From Podarcis gaigeae (taxonomy: Eukaryota), in the NCBI GenBank assembly GCA_964106915.2, contig OZ066921.1: DNA of 64,000 nucleotides; one strand, written 5' to 3'. Numbering within the stretch: position 1 is the stretch's first letter; each line of letters begins with the position of its first letter. The notes under the pieces are model-generated. The model was not told where the DNA came from and searched no databases. It worked only from the letters and a program-made list of their open reading frames with translations. Shown here piece by piece: positions 13,601 through 26,600 of this stretch. Position numbers and translations under genes: made by a program.

Positions 13601-14139
13601 TGTCTAACATCACAGTTAAATGCAACCTCTACATCCAGAGGCAGTCTACATCTGGACAGCAGGTGCTCAGAGCATGCAATGTTGCCATCATGTCCTGTTT
13701 GTGGGGCTTCTCTTTGAGACTCCTGTCTGACCATTGCTGGGAACAGAGAATGAGGTGGGGTGGGCGGACCCCCAGTCTGGTGCCCTCCAGATGTTTCTGA
13801 CTGAAACTCCTCTCACCCAGCACAGCTGTAGGATGCTGGAGTCAAGCGCAGCCCAAAACATCTGGAAGGCAGGTAGTTGGGAAAGGCTGCCGTCAGATCC
13901 ATCTTGTCCTGTACTGCCTACACGGACTGGCAGCAGCTCTTCCGGGGCTGGACCTGGGGTCTTCCGCTCCAGCACTCTCTGCCACTGAAGTGCCCTCAGG
14001 AGACAATCCGACCCCCTTTCAAACTCTTGGGCACCGAGAGAGGTGCTGCCTCTAACTGCTCTCAGCTGCGGCAGGCAGTCCACTCTGCACATGCCCAGAA
14101 GCAACTGAATGCAGAGGGAACAGCGTGGCAAGGTAACAC

Positions 14140-15460
14140 GCCGGTTGCAGACCGAACTTTACCGATTTCGGGGCTGAGGAAGACTCCGTGGGGGGCAGCC
14201 GGCAAGAGGCCCGGCCGGAGGCAGCCCCTCTTTCAAGCCAGGAGCTGGAGGGATCCCGGAGGCACAAGCCACCCGGCTCTCCGCGTTGGGGAGCCCCCCT
14301 GCCAGAATAGAGATCCCGGCTCTGCTCGGCCTCCCGGCAAAGCCAGGTCGGAACCTGGGACCCCTCACAGGCAGAGCTCCGCTGGGCTGCAGCCGGGCGC
14401 ACAGAACCCAAGGCGGCGGCGCCCTCCCGAGTGGGAAAAGCCCCTGAAAGCGCGGCGGCGACCGATCGCCCCTTTGCCTCGCGGAGCAGGAGAAGCGAGA
14501 AGGGAGCAGCAGCAGCCCCCGGTCGGGCCCTCCCTCGGCCTCTGCCACAGCTCAGCAGCCCCTCGCGACGCTGCGGCAGGCAGGCAGGCAGGCGGTCCGC
14601 CCCACTGGGCTGCGCTGCGGGCCGGGCCCACTCCCCCAGAGGGCCGGAGAGACAAAGGCGGCGGAAGGAGCTGCTCGCTGCCCAGCCCCGCGCAGGCCTC
14701 CTCTTCGTCGTTGTCGTCGTCCTGCCCCTTACCTGCTTCTGCGGCCGGCGCCTGCCGCGGGCCCCATCCATGGTGGGCGTTGGGGGGATTCAGCGGCAGC
14801 GGGCGGGCGGGCGGACTAGCGACATCGGGCCCAGCTCAGCTCAGCCCCGCTTCACCAGGCGGCGGCATCGGCCTCCTCAGCAGCAGCGGCAGCGTCGTTG
14901 TTCTGCCGCGGGGCTCCTGGCTGCTGCCTCCGCAGGCGCCCCGCCGCCCCATCCTCAGCGCCGCTCCGCCGGCCGAGCTGCGCGCGGGAAGGAGGGAGCG
15001 AGGCCGGCCGTCGGAGGGGAGGGGAGGAGGGGCGGAGACTCTGCGGAGGGGCGGGGGGCTCCCAGCTGCCTCAGCCCCCGGGACGGGAAAAAAAGACCGC
15101 CTCTTCGGCCTCTCGCCAGCTTCGCCTCGGCGGTGGGAAAGAGGAGGGAGGGGGCTGCCGTTGCCTCTGTGTCCGGATGGGCGCCGCTGCGTAGCTAGTC
15201 CTAGCCCTGCGGGACGCCTCCCCGGCGCTTTCCGAGATCTCTGCCCCGAGGCATCTAGCAAGGGCACCGGGAGGAGCGCGCGCTCTTTCAGGGCATCGGC
15301 GCGCAGCAGGTCTTGTCGCCTCGGATGCGCTACCGGTGGCCAAGAAAGCCAGGCTGTGAGCTTCCTTGCAAGGCGGCGTAAACCGACCTCCGAGGAGAGC
15401 GGATGGAGATAAGGAAACTGGGGTGCGGGGAGCTCGGTGGTTGTGTTTGCTAAACGGACA
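14140..15460. promoter_or_regulatory. CpG island / promoter
   Basis: Very GC- and CpG-dense against CpG-depleted flanks; Sp1-type GGGGCGG boxes. Confidence 0.85.
14733..15020 (-). other. ST3GAL2: Putative first exon of a minus-strand gene, ST3GAL2 by synteny (5' end approximate)
   Basis: Centre of a CpG island; strong donor CAG|gtaagg at 14733/14732; GC boxes at ~15010-15060. The name rests on the conserved ST3GAL2-FCSK-COG4-SF3B3 order; no ST3GAL2 coding sequence is seen in the window. Confidence 0.55.
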
Positions 15461-16239
15461 GCTCCTCTAAAAGGTGGGGGAGCTTTGAGCCACTATTGGC
15501 AAAACTCACCCCCCACCCCGGGGACTGGCTATTTATTGAACTATACTGATTTCTTTGCGAGGAAGTTGGATGCGAGGAAGAGCATTTCCCCGGCACTTTC
15601 CTTAACCCAAAACTCTCGATCTTGGGGGTGGGGGTGAATTGGTTTAATGTGCAAAACCTGCAGTAATTGTGAGGCCCGAATTTGCCAGTGCCTGATTGAG
15701 TTAGCGACAGTCTAGAAGCGTACTGCCTTCATCACGTACTGCCGAACTCAGGTGAAGTTGTTGCAAAGCTGCGTGCTTCCCCAAACGAACAGCAATAAAA
15801 AGAATGGTGGGGGGTGTGTGCAAGCAAATCAATGAGCAGGTTGTTGCCTGGAAGCACCCATAGTTGATCTGGGAGTTCTTGAGCAATCAGCAGACTCCCC
15901 CGCCCCCAAATGCCCACTTTCAGAGTTCAGATTGTCCCATCTTATGGAGCAATAGCCAAGTTTGCTGCCGCGAGGAGGGATGTCATTCATTATTTGTCTC
16001 TCAACTCTTTGGACAGCTCCTCCAGCACATGGTTAGCACAAGAGACTTCCGACACTTGTTTCCCCACGTGCACTAATACATCTCCTGTATTACATTTCCC
16101 ATTTCCTGTTTCCAGAGTGGGTTCAAACATCAGTTGCTCTTCCCAAGGAACTCTGGGAATTGCAGCTGGGGGGGGGGGGAGCACTCCTAACAACTCCCAG
16201 TACCCTTATCACACAACAGTTCCCAGAATTCTTTGTGGG

Positions 16240-16687
16240 AAGCCATGGTTTTCCCAGTAGTGATGTATGGAAGTGAGAGCTGGACCATAAAGAAGGTTGA
16301 TCGCTGAAGAATTGGTGCTTTTGAATTATGGTGCTGGAGGAGACTCTTGAGAGTCCCATGGACTGCAAGATGATCAAACCTATCCATTCTGAAGGAAATC
16401 AGCCCTGAGTGCTCACTGGAAGGACAGATCCTGAAGCTGAGGCTCCAATACTCTGGCCACCTCGTGAGAAGAGAAGACTCCCTGGAAAAGACCCTGGTGT
16501 TGGGAAAGATGGAGGGCACAAGGAGAAGGGGATGACAGAGGACGAGATGGTTGGACAGTGTTCTCGAAGCTACCAGCGTGAGTTTGATCAAACTGCGGGA
16601 GGCAGTGGAAGACAGGAGTGCCTGGCGTGCTCTGGTCCATGGGGTCACGAAGAGTCGGACAAGACTAAAGGACTAAACAACAACAAT
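16240..16687 (+). mobile_element. BovB (RTE clade) LINE 3' fragment
   Basis: Characteristic gtatggaagtgagagctggaccataaagaagg...gactccctggaaaagaccctg...ccatggggtcacgaagagtcggac and (CAA)n tail. Confidence 0.92.
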
Positions 16688-18199
16688 GACCATTTAAAGT
16701 AGCAAGATGCTGTTTTAAATGTATAGTGCAGATGGGACCTGAGAATCATAGCCCAGAACCTACACACTCTCACAAGCCCACAGACAGCCTGCTCTGTCCC
16801 CCTGAGCAAGCTAAGGGGACCCATGAAGAGCAAAGGCTTCAGCTTGGTGGTAGAGCACCTGATTTGCAAGAAAAAGGTCCCAGGTTCAACTCCTGGTTCA
16901 ACTCCTTCAGGTAAGGCTGAGAAAGCCTCCTGCTTGAAGACTTTTGGGCTGTACTACTCAAGGCACAGGGATGGCTGCCAGGAGGGGAACAGAGCATAAC
17001 ATAAAATTAGAACAAGTACAGTCATAGTGAGGCTTTTTCATACCAGAAAAGTCTTAACCTGTTGAAATTCTACCTGCCATGCAGCTGTTCAAGGTACAAA
17101 AAAACTGGTTTTTCCCAGCGCCAACCTAAACCAAAGCCTAGGCTGTCATCTTATACTAACTTACCTGGGAGTAAGCCTCTTAAACACAAAGCGACTTTCT
17201 TTTGAATAGACATATATTACGGTGCTGCAAGCTGACAATACAGTAAATTCTTAAGGAGTGCCTGGTGTTCAGCTGCAGCACACCAGGAAAAGTGCCTAAG
17301 ATGTTTTAACGTTTGCAGAGGGGGAGGGAGAGAGGGGGCTTTCTCTTTAACATCTGCCTGCACATACTATGTCGTAGTATTTGCAGAAAATGACTTTCTT
17401 TAGAGATTACCTGATCTCAGAAGAAGCCTTTTAGGGACCACTTTTCTGAGAAGAAAAATGCATACAGTATTGCTGCCTGGGAGTAAAGGCAGTGGAAACG
17501 GTAGAGATTCCAAGGGCTAGAAAATGAGGAGGATGTAGGAAAAGCACACTAAATGGGAGGAGGAAACGACCGCTTTTAAGACTACGGGGATTATTTTCCC
17601 CTGGTGTCGGAACAACGCGCTCGTCGTCAATCATAACTCTGACTTTGCTGATTAGCTAAGAAGAGTGGCAGGCCACAGGCGTGAAAAGCGTTTGGCTCAT
17701 TTCACTTCACAAAGGCACTCTCATAGTTTGCTTGGAAAGGTACCCTCCTAAATTTCTTTCTCGGAGGTCCAGAGACTTACTTTTTAATATTTAAGTTGTT
17801 AAGTTGTGGGTGAACATATCAGATGACACAGCAAATCTTCAGACAGCTCTTGTTTATTCACAGGCCAGAACAGAACTGGACTGAAGGGTTCAGCCAGCCT
17901 GCTTATACAGAGCTCCACTACAAAGCAACAGTAGCAACTTTCTGTAACTATCCAATCAGTGAACGTCACTTTCAATTCCTTATTTGCATATATGGACCTG
18001 AGTGAAAACTATCTATGGTATCCCCCTGCTGGCCCTGGGTGAGAACTTCAGTACATAACATAAGTGAAAGCTCAGGGTCTGGGGCATCCACCCAAGGGTA
18101 CCAATGAAGGTCCTAGGGGCTCATTCCTAGTAGGTGAGCATAGGATCCGGCTGAACATCTAGTTGAGAGTTAACGCCTGCTGAATTCAGGGGACTTTTC

Positions 18200-18890
18200 T
18201 TCAAAGTAAGGCGCATAGGACCACTGTGCGCGCAAACACAAGCACACACATATAAAACTTCCAAGGAATTAGCGTTGCAAGTTGGTGCTGACTCAAACCC
18301 TGCAATATCGCTATTGCTGCCGCCGCAGGGGCTGGTTAAGAGGCACCCATGTGAGCGAAGGAGGGCCTGCGCCTTTAAAGAAGGAAGAGCAGCCCGCCCT
18401 CCCGGCTCGAAGCATAACGCCTTCTGGGAAGTGTAGTTCTACGGGCAGATGGACCTTCCCCTGTTTGTGAGTGAATGGACTACATTTCCCAGAGTGCAAA
18501 TCTCGGGGTGGGTGGGGATCTAGGGGAAAGAGGGCTCAGTTAAAGCGCCAGTGCAAGAGGAGGAAGTTGTTGTGGCGTGTTAAGGAGGGGCTGATTAATC
18601 CGATATTATTAAGGTGCTTGCAGCCTCAGCGTGCTCTGCTGCACGTCTACTCGGAAGCAAGTCGTTTTGGCTCCCGTGGGACTTACTCCCGTGTAAGCGT
18701 GTCATGCACTTTCGGGCTGCAGCAGCTTCGCTACCTGCAAAGTGGGCCTCAGGAAGGAAGCCCCGTGAAAGGGCTGAAAAGTCCTTCCCACGAGGGGTGG
18801 AGGGGAAGGCTGGCTCCTATGAGGGAGGGAATGTCCGTCCCCCCACGGGCAGCCTCAAGGGCAGCTGAATGGCCGTGTGATGTGTAGTGC
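18200..18890 (+). promoter_or_regulatory. Probable FCSK promoter with paired ZNF143/SBS-type motifs and candidate non-coding exon 1
   Basis: Local CpG enrichment; GAACTACACTTCCCAGAAG on minus (18421-18439) and GGACTACATTTCCCAGAGTGCA on plus (18477-18498); candidate donor gtgagt at 18467. Confidence 0.6.
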
Positions 18891-19080
18891 TGGCCTCCCA
18901 GGGCTTAGGAGACCTGGGTTCAAAACTCCGTTCAGTCATGGCAGTCTCTCTCTCTCTCTCTCAGCTTAACCTACCTCACAGGGTTGATGTGAGGATAAAA
19001 ATGAGGAGGTGAGGGGAGAACCATTTACACCTCCATGAGCTCTTTGTAGGATAGGTAGTGGGATAGAAATGTAACAATAA
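18880..19080 (+). mobile_element. MIR/CORE-type SINE
   Basis: ggagacctgggttca..ctcagcttaacctacctcacagggttg..tgaggataaaa; related copies at ~29005-29230 (+), ~37925-38145 (-), ~58310-58690 (-). Confidence 0.65.
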
Positions 19081-20534
19081 TGACAAAAAAGTAAAACATG
19101 TAAAAGCTTAGTAAGAATTCTTCAGATGCTGAGGCCTCTGGGGTGAGACTGTGGGGTGGGTTTTTTCCCTCTCTAAACAATGGAACTGGGAAAGGATAAA
19201 ATTTCAGGGATGATGTTGGCAGGGAGCCCATTAGGAAGGCCTTGGTGTTGGCACTGGGTGTCGGCTGCACACATGCCTGTCAAAAATGCAAATATTTGAA
19301 AGGGGGGGGGGGACTGTGACAAGTTCCCACAAACTCTTTGTTTCACTGTGGTACAAAATAGGGTTACCTACTTGGGCAGGGGGTAGGATGCCAATGCCAA
19401 GTAGTCCTGGTGCAATTTGTTTTCCCTGCCCAAGTTAATACCCAGGACTGTTTTTATGCCGGGCTGTGCTGATTAAAACACTCATGTCTATGTTCAGTGG
19501 CATTAGAGAAAAACAAATTTTGCAGCCGGTATAAATCATGCTAATTTTGCATGTTTTATATTTATATATTCAGCTTAATTTGTTCAGCTTGTGAAAGAAG
19601 AAATGATGCCCAACTCATTTGGGATAGGAGGGCTTCGCAAAAGAGCTGAAAGAGCAGGATCTTCACAACTGCTTTGCTGCCAGAGTGGTGGGAAGTGACC
19701 ACAAAAGCCAGAGACCCAAAGCTCCCCACAGACCTATCAAGGATCCCTTGCCTTCTGGGGAACTTTGAGACCAAAAAACTTTATCAGCATAAATAAACTT
19801 TATCCAGGAGGAAGTGAACATGAATCAATCTCTTTCTGAGTGAAGTATGAGAGTGATAAATGCAATGCCCTTTGGTGATATGCAGTGACCTTTGTATTAT
19901 TTATTTTTACATATAACATCATCCATGATGTTCCTGGTGTTTATAGAGTGCACCAGAGGAGAGCTGCCACTGCCCCACCCCTGTCCCGAAAGGGGCATCC
20001 AATGTATATTTGAGATTGCATGGGCAGGAGAAGGGAAGTGGGAAAGAACAATGTATGCATTAGGGAAGTTATACCCACTTAGGTTTACCTACAGGCAGGC
20101 ATAGGGTCTTGCAGTAGTCCAGTGAGACAGCAGGTAGCCCACATTCATCAGCCAGCAAGATTCATAAGCAGACAGCAATTGGAATGCTGGTTCCCCTGCT
20201 CTCTTCACCCACTGCACCCATATGGTGTCCCCCATAAGTTGTTGGACTCTATCTCCCATCAGCAATAGCCAAAAATGACCCAGTGTTCAGTGGTGATAGG
20301 AGTTGTAGTCCAACAAAAAAACATGTTGGCTCTTCAGTAGACCCAAGAACTGCATGGCTGGGCCCTTTTCCATGTTCACTAATAGATACTGGAGGGGTCC
20401 AACCTTGTGATTTGGCAGGACTTGTGTAATTGTGTCACTCTGATCAGTGGCTTTTAAACTGAGCTTGATTGGCAGGTGGCTCCCTTATTTGCAGGCTCAG
20501 CAGTGCGAAAAGCAGAGAGGCCTGTTTTAAACGC

Positions 20535-20613
20535 ATGGCTGGAGGAGAGGTAGACTGGACCGTCATCGTTTTGACATGTCAGCACAAGGACAGCGTCTTT
20601 GCCTTCCAAAAAG
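20535..20613 (+). CDS. FCSK: FCSK coding exon 1
   Basis: [26 protein letters not shown]; acceptor likely ends 20494; donor AAG|gtgagt. Confidence 0.93.
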
Positions 20614-23600
20614 GTGAGTGGAGGCCTTCCTATCCACACAGGAATCCGAGCCAACACATTGCAGGGCAAGGTTAGGGCTGGAGCTGAATTAAAAATGAGG
20701 GGGGTGGGGTGGGACTCAGAACAACAAAGTTGGAGTGGAGCTTGTAGGCCACCTCACTCAACCCTTTGTTGCTATTTTATGATTTTGTAATTTCATTATG
20801 CTTTCATGATTTTGTTGAAGAGCACTGTGGGTTTTTTTTTTAATGAGTTGGCAGTATGGTATTAATTTTTTCACTGACTACATCTTGTTGATCTTAGACA
20901 ATACTTTAACTGCTATTCTTGCCCTTTAGGCTAGATTTGATGTCTTTGGGGAGGTGCAGGCTTAGCAGCTAATTATTAGCTTTTAATATTCTGTTGCCTA
21001 ACCAAAAGCAAGCCCAAGCAATGTCCTCAGTCACTGTGAAACCTTTTAGTATTTGGGAATCCACCTGCAGGTGTGGCTGGACCAGCATCAGACAAGGGCT
21101 GGCAGGACTGAGGGATGCAGGAAAGGCTGGGACCAACCAGGGAGCCACTGACGCTTCCACTCCTACCTCCGGGGCTTCTCACAAGCTTCAGGGATCCTTC
21201 TTCCTTCGCCCTCTCTATGCTGTGACCTGTGTTTACTAACGGAGTCTCTATTCATTTGGCTTCCAGAGCTGGAGATCCGCAGGGATCGGGGCTCCTTGGG
21301 GCGACAGCCCATCCTGCTCACGGTTGAAGACCCCAAGGGCCAGGTTGGCAGTGGAGGAGCCACTCTCAACGCACTCCTGGTGGCAGCTGAGCACTTGAGT
21401 GCTCGAGCAGGCTACACGGTGAGCAAGGGATAACACAAGTTTCAATTTACCTCCGCCAGCAGAATCCCCCCACCCTCATGCCTAAGGGCACCTATTGACT
21501 GAGCAGGTATGGGAGGGCAATGTTGTGATATCTGCCCTGGTACCATCACAGCACTGCATCAGGCCGAGGCCCCATCCTAGCCTAGCATCCTGTTTGCACA
21601 GTGGCCAGCTAAGTGCCAACACCCCTTCTCTATGCATTTATAACATTTATTTATTTCTCTTTAATTTTTAAAAAATCAAACTAATAGAAGATGTAGACAT
21701 TTATGAAAGCAGTAATTAGAACGGACTCCTAGGATCCCTGACCCCAGGCTGCCTGCTTCCGCCTCCTCTGCCCTGCTCATGGCACCTCTTTTGTCTCTCA
21801 GCTTCCAGACCACTGTATTTCCTAATCTAAGAGACCCCCCTCTGATGTTCCTTCCAGGTGGTCACATCTGATGTCTTGCAAAAGGCCTGGATCCTCATTC
21901 TGCACATGGTGAGCTCTGTGGTGGGGTTGCACTGACCGTGCTTGGGTGCGATCCTCAGAAGAGCAAGAGGGCAGTGCCTCATTTCTAGTCAGGCGCCAAG
22001 GAGAAGAGCTTCCACAGCAGGAGACTTCCCTCCTCTCGGGTGGGACGACCTGCTCCTAATCCTCAGCCCAAGCGCTTGGAGGCTGTGCCTTCGGCCTGCT
22101 CCCTCTTCTGCTCTGCTATTCTGCTTTTCTTCTTGCCAGGGCCGGGACTTCCTATTCGATGACTGCAGCCGAGCATTCACCTGCCTCCCCCTGGAGGATC
22201 TTGCGGCCCCCGCTGAGGCACTCACCTGCAACCTGGACAGCCTCCTTGCAACCCTGATGCACCAGGTCAGTGGGGCGGATCCATGCAGGCCGTCCTGTTT
22301 CAGTGCCTTGGTGGGCTTTGCCTTGGCCCTGCTGAGATTGTGGGAAAGCCTTCCACTCACCTCCTCTCCCTGCCAATCCCCACTGTGTCCTGCAGGGGCT
22401 CAGAGGTGCTGCTCCTGCTCCTACAGGCTCAGATTCCTCCTCCTTGCCTCCATTTCCAGGTGTGCAGAGGCTCCCCCCCAGGGGTCTGGGTTTCCAGCAC
22501 AGATATGCTTCTCACAGTCCCAACCATGACAGGTGAGGTGTATGGGAGGCCGCAAGGACTGGCTGGGAGAGAGTGGTGGTTCTTTGCAAGCCGGAAGAGG
22601 TTGCATCCTGAGGAATGGCTGAAAAGTGCCTTCTTTCTCCTCCCCTGATTCATTTTGAGGTGTTCCTTTAATTTTGATTTCTATTTTGGGAGGTTGTGGG
22701 TGGGTGTTCCTCAATGGGCAAGACTTGCCAAATCTGATGTAAAGTTGGATGCCTCCCCTCCCCTCCCAGAGATCGACTGGCATGGATTCCAGGGGGTGAG
22801 AGTCATTGCTGTGCCCGGGAGCATCTCCTATGCCAGGCAGCATGGAGTCTACCTCGCTGACACTCAGGTACCTTGCCTAAGCCTCTTCCAGCAGCCACCA
22901 GGTTGCCCCTATAACCCCCTGCCTGGGACAGGCAGAGGAGCATCCTGGACGACCCTTTCGGCACTTGGGCTGGAAAGCCTCTACAATTCCCAAAAGTAAT
23001 GAACAACAAGTTTCAGGCCCAGAGTTCTTTTGGGTGTTTTCCCCTTTGATGGCATCCTTCTCTTGGGCTGCTTGCTTTCCTATAGGCATTGCTAAACTCC
23101 CACTCCCATCTTCCCTGGCCATTAGCCATGCTGGTTGTGGGGTCTGATGGGAGCTACAAACCTGGCAGCATCTGAAGATGCCTCTCCTCACTTGCCCCAC
23201 TACTTTCATGGGTCCCGTAAGAAAACATAGTTGTGTATCTTTCCTTCCAGGGCAGATGCTGTAGATGTGGTTTGGCAGATGCAGCCCAGATCAGGACTGT
23301 GGAGGAGACAAAGGGTGAAAGCCTCAGTCTCCGGGCTACAATGTCAGAGAAAAATAAAAAATAAAAAAGCCAACAAAGTGATTAGCACCGTGTCTCGTTA
23401 GGCCCTCCTTTCACAGATAATTGCTGCCCAAGTGCATTAGCTGTTGACGCTCCTTGGGGTAACTCTGCTCATCCTTGTCCCTCCAGGGGGTGGTGCAAGA
23501 CATCTTCTACCAAAGCCCCGAAGACCAAATCCGGCAGTGCGTGGGGCCAGACGGGAAGGTCCCTTTGGTGAGTTCTGGGCCTGGGCTGGAGTCACAAGAA

Positions 23601-26600
23601 GAGCCCTGCAGCTGGATCAGACCCATCTAGTGCAGCATCCTATTCTCTGTTGAGTTTCTGGATGTGTGCTCAATGTCTCCAAGACAGGAGTCACTATAAA
23701 TCATCAGGGAAGGCTGTCGGAACTCCCTAGAGCTTCACGCTGAGGGGAGGGACAAGCTGGAAACGTTCCTGTCATTTGCCTGGGGATCATCCATGCCTCC
23801 AGCCGACCCGACATTCTCACCATAGCCAAGCAGATGCCCCCAAGCAGGACCTGAGTGAAACTTCACCTTTCCCATTGTTATTCCCCATCATCTGGTATCC
23901 AGAGGTAGACTGAACCAGAACAAATGGCAATCCGTGGAAACCCAAATTGCTATGTATTCTGATTCTGCATCAAAGAGCTGGTTTTCCTGTGGAAATTGGG
24001 GGGGGGGAGCATGGACCTGTGGCTAGCAAGTGCAGGGCAAAAATTAAGTGTGGGTGAGCCCTCAATTGCAGGGTAAGCCTGCTGCAGAACCATCTGCCTG
24101 AAACCCTTGAAATCTCACTAGTCTGCAGGGCTGAAAACCCTAGAAAAGCTGAGCTTCTTATTACCCCTGCAGGTGTGTGGGGTTGTCTTCTTCTCCTCTG
24201 AAGCAGCGGAGCAGCTTCTGGCCACCCATGTCATCCCACCCCTTGATGCCTGCACCTACATGGGGCTGGACTCAGGAGCCCCCGCCATCCAGGTGAGGCC
24301 CTTAAGAAGAGGCAGGTTAGGGAAGAGGAAATCACCTGGGTGGCTGCAGATGAATCTGCCCAGGTGTGAATGCAGCTGGTCTGGAGGAAGTCCCGAGTGG
24401 CCGGCAGCAAGCCCCTGGCCAGAGACCCCCACAATGGATGGTTGCAAGGTGAAGGCCAGGTGAGTGAGCTGTGGGGCTTTGGGCCCATTGAGTCAGCCTT
24501 CAAAAGGCCAGTACAACCTGAGTTTGAGGTCAAAGTGCTCTTGAAGATTGTGTTAAAAGTTGCCAAGTCAAGCTGGGGGGCAACTGACATGGCATCCTCT
24601 TGGAATACAGCTCCCGCCATCTGCAGCCAGCACCTGGAGGGCACCAACTGGGGTCTTCCCAGGCCCAGAATGGGCTGCTGCCTCCAGTCAATGCAAGTGA
24701 TCCAGAGGATGTCCCCAACACCACCTCCTAGCACATCTCCTGGGCAAAGCATTTCCCCTGTTCTCCAACTGCAGCATTGAGTTGTTGGGAGAATGTGCTC
24801 CCCCCCACTTCTTCACAGTAACAGCTATTACAGGAAGCAGCGCTGTGAGGATTGTGAGCATGCTAGTGTTCTCAGGTCCTATTGCAGCTTTGCAAGCCCT
24901 TCAAGGCTTTCCTTCCATGGTGAATTCTCCTCCATTTGAGTTACCTCTTTTCCTGGTGGGTTGTTTTGGAAGCTCAGTGCTCCAGCTGCAAAATGTTGGG
25001 ACGCCCATGTGCACCAAAATATGCTATAACAGAGCTGCAGTTGTGTTGCCCGCTCCCCATCTTCCCCCATGAGGAGGCAGGTGGCATTGAGGCTGGGCTG
25101 GCTTTAGCGTTCCGATTGCAGTGATGGTTTCTTGGGCATCGGGAAGAATGCCTCAAGCTGCCAAGGACATCATGATCTGACCCCGAGAGGGCTTTATTGC
25201 AAAATCTGTCACAAAAGAGCTGCCTTGCACCATAGATGGCTGCCCTGCAACTGCAGCCCCAGAGTACTGCCAGCCCCAGAGGTGTCCTTAGCCTGCATTA
25301 GAAACCAGGCTTTTAGTATTGCAGCATAAGCTCTCTGGAATGAGTTTCCAACCAAAAACAGTCAGGCACCCCCTGAGATGATGTTTAAGTGCTTATGGAA
25401 GTCCTTTTTGTTTAGAGGAAGGCTTTCCCTGAGGTGTAACCTTACCATTTGTGGAAGATCAATTTTGTACCTGATGAAATGTTTTCTTTAGCGTGTGTGT
25501 GGAAGATCTGAGTTTGTTTAACTGATCTTCTTAATTGTTCTCAGAGATTTGTGTCTGCATCTTGTTCTGCTTTCGTCTTGTATTCGGTGGAATTTATGCT
25601 ATGATGCAGTCTCAAATAATAATTGCTTGTGGTCTTCCGCCATCATTTCTTTCTACTCCTGAATCCTGGCAGCTTTTTGCAGGGGTGTGTGTTTGTGTGG
25701 TGGAGGAGTGGCCTCCCTCCCTCCCTCCCTCTTCTTGTGACTTATACAGGTGAGGCTGCCTTTGGCCAAGAAGGAAGCAGCCTAAACAGTATTCAGTGTT
25801 TCCCCCTGAAGCAGCTATTCCACTTCTCAATGGGCATTAACAATGACAATAAATTGGTTTTTTTGGGGGGGGCACTTTGAGAAGCCCCTTCCCTCTCTCT
25901 CTCCTCTCCTTTTCCATATGCAATGCCCTTTTGGGGGGCGGAATAACACCTCCCTAAGACAGAGACCTCTGGAGCTTGCACAGCTTCCCTCTTTCTGTAC
26001 CTTGCAGAACAGTGAGAGAGCTTTCGTCTGAGCCCAGCGATCCTCCGCTACTAGCCATGATGGCTATTCTCTGCCTCAACCATTGGCGGTAGTAGCCTTC
26101 TGAATACCAGTTGCTAGAAACTGCAGGAGAGAAATGTGCTCTTAATTTATTATTATTATTATTATTAAAGATTTTCTTGTGTAACAAATAAACAAAGAGA
26201 AAAAAATATGGCGCCGGGTCAAGTCTCAACTGAGGAGCTCTAATGATCAAATTACCCTGATAAAAAGGCTCAACCTATGAAAATATCTGCCAACTTTTAT
26301 CAGTAAAAGACTCCAGGAGCTGTCGGGTGGACTTTTAAACCTCCCCTCCCTTTCAAAGCTACTTAAATCAACTTTGAACCACCTCCCTTGAAAAGCCCAT
26401 AATGCTGTGGGCTGGATAAAATAGCCCCATTTATTTCTGAGTACGAAGATGGTACTTACAAGACAATGTTGCAAAGAATAAACAAAGAAAAGTACATATA
26501 GTGTCTCCACTTTCACTTCTTAAGAGTCTTTACCACAGTTTGTTTGCATTCGGTATGAAACACTGTTATCTGCATTATGCAGTTGGGAGAAAAGAGAAAG

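Noticed and set aside
1-14000. ST3GAL2 coding exons
   Set aside because: No sialylmotif or ST3GAL2-like N-terminus in the ORF track; the region looks like repeat-filled intron.
13877-15412. 511-aa plus-strand ORF and overlapping 239/255-aa ORFs
   Set aside because: Low-complexity G/P/R/A translation of a CpG island where stops are rare; no recognisable domain.
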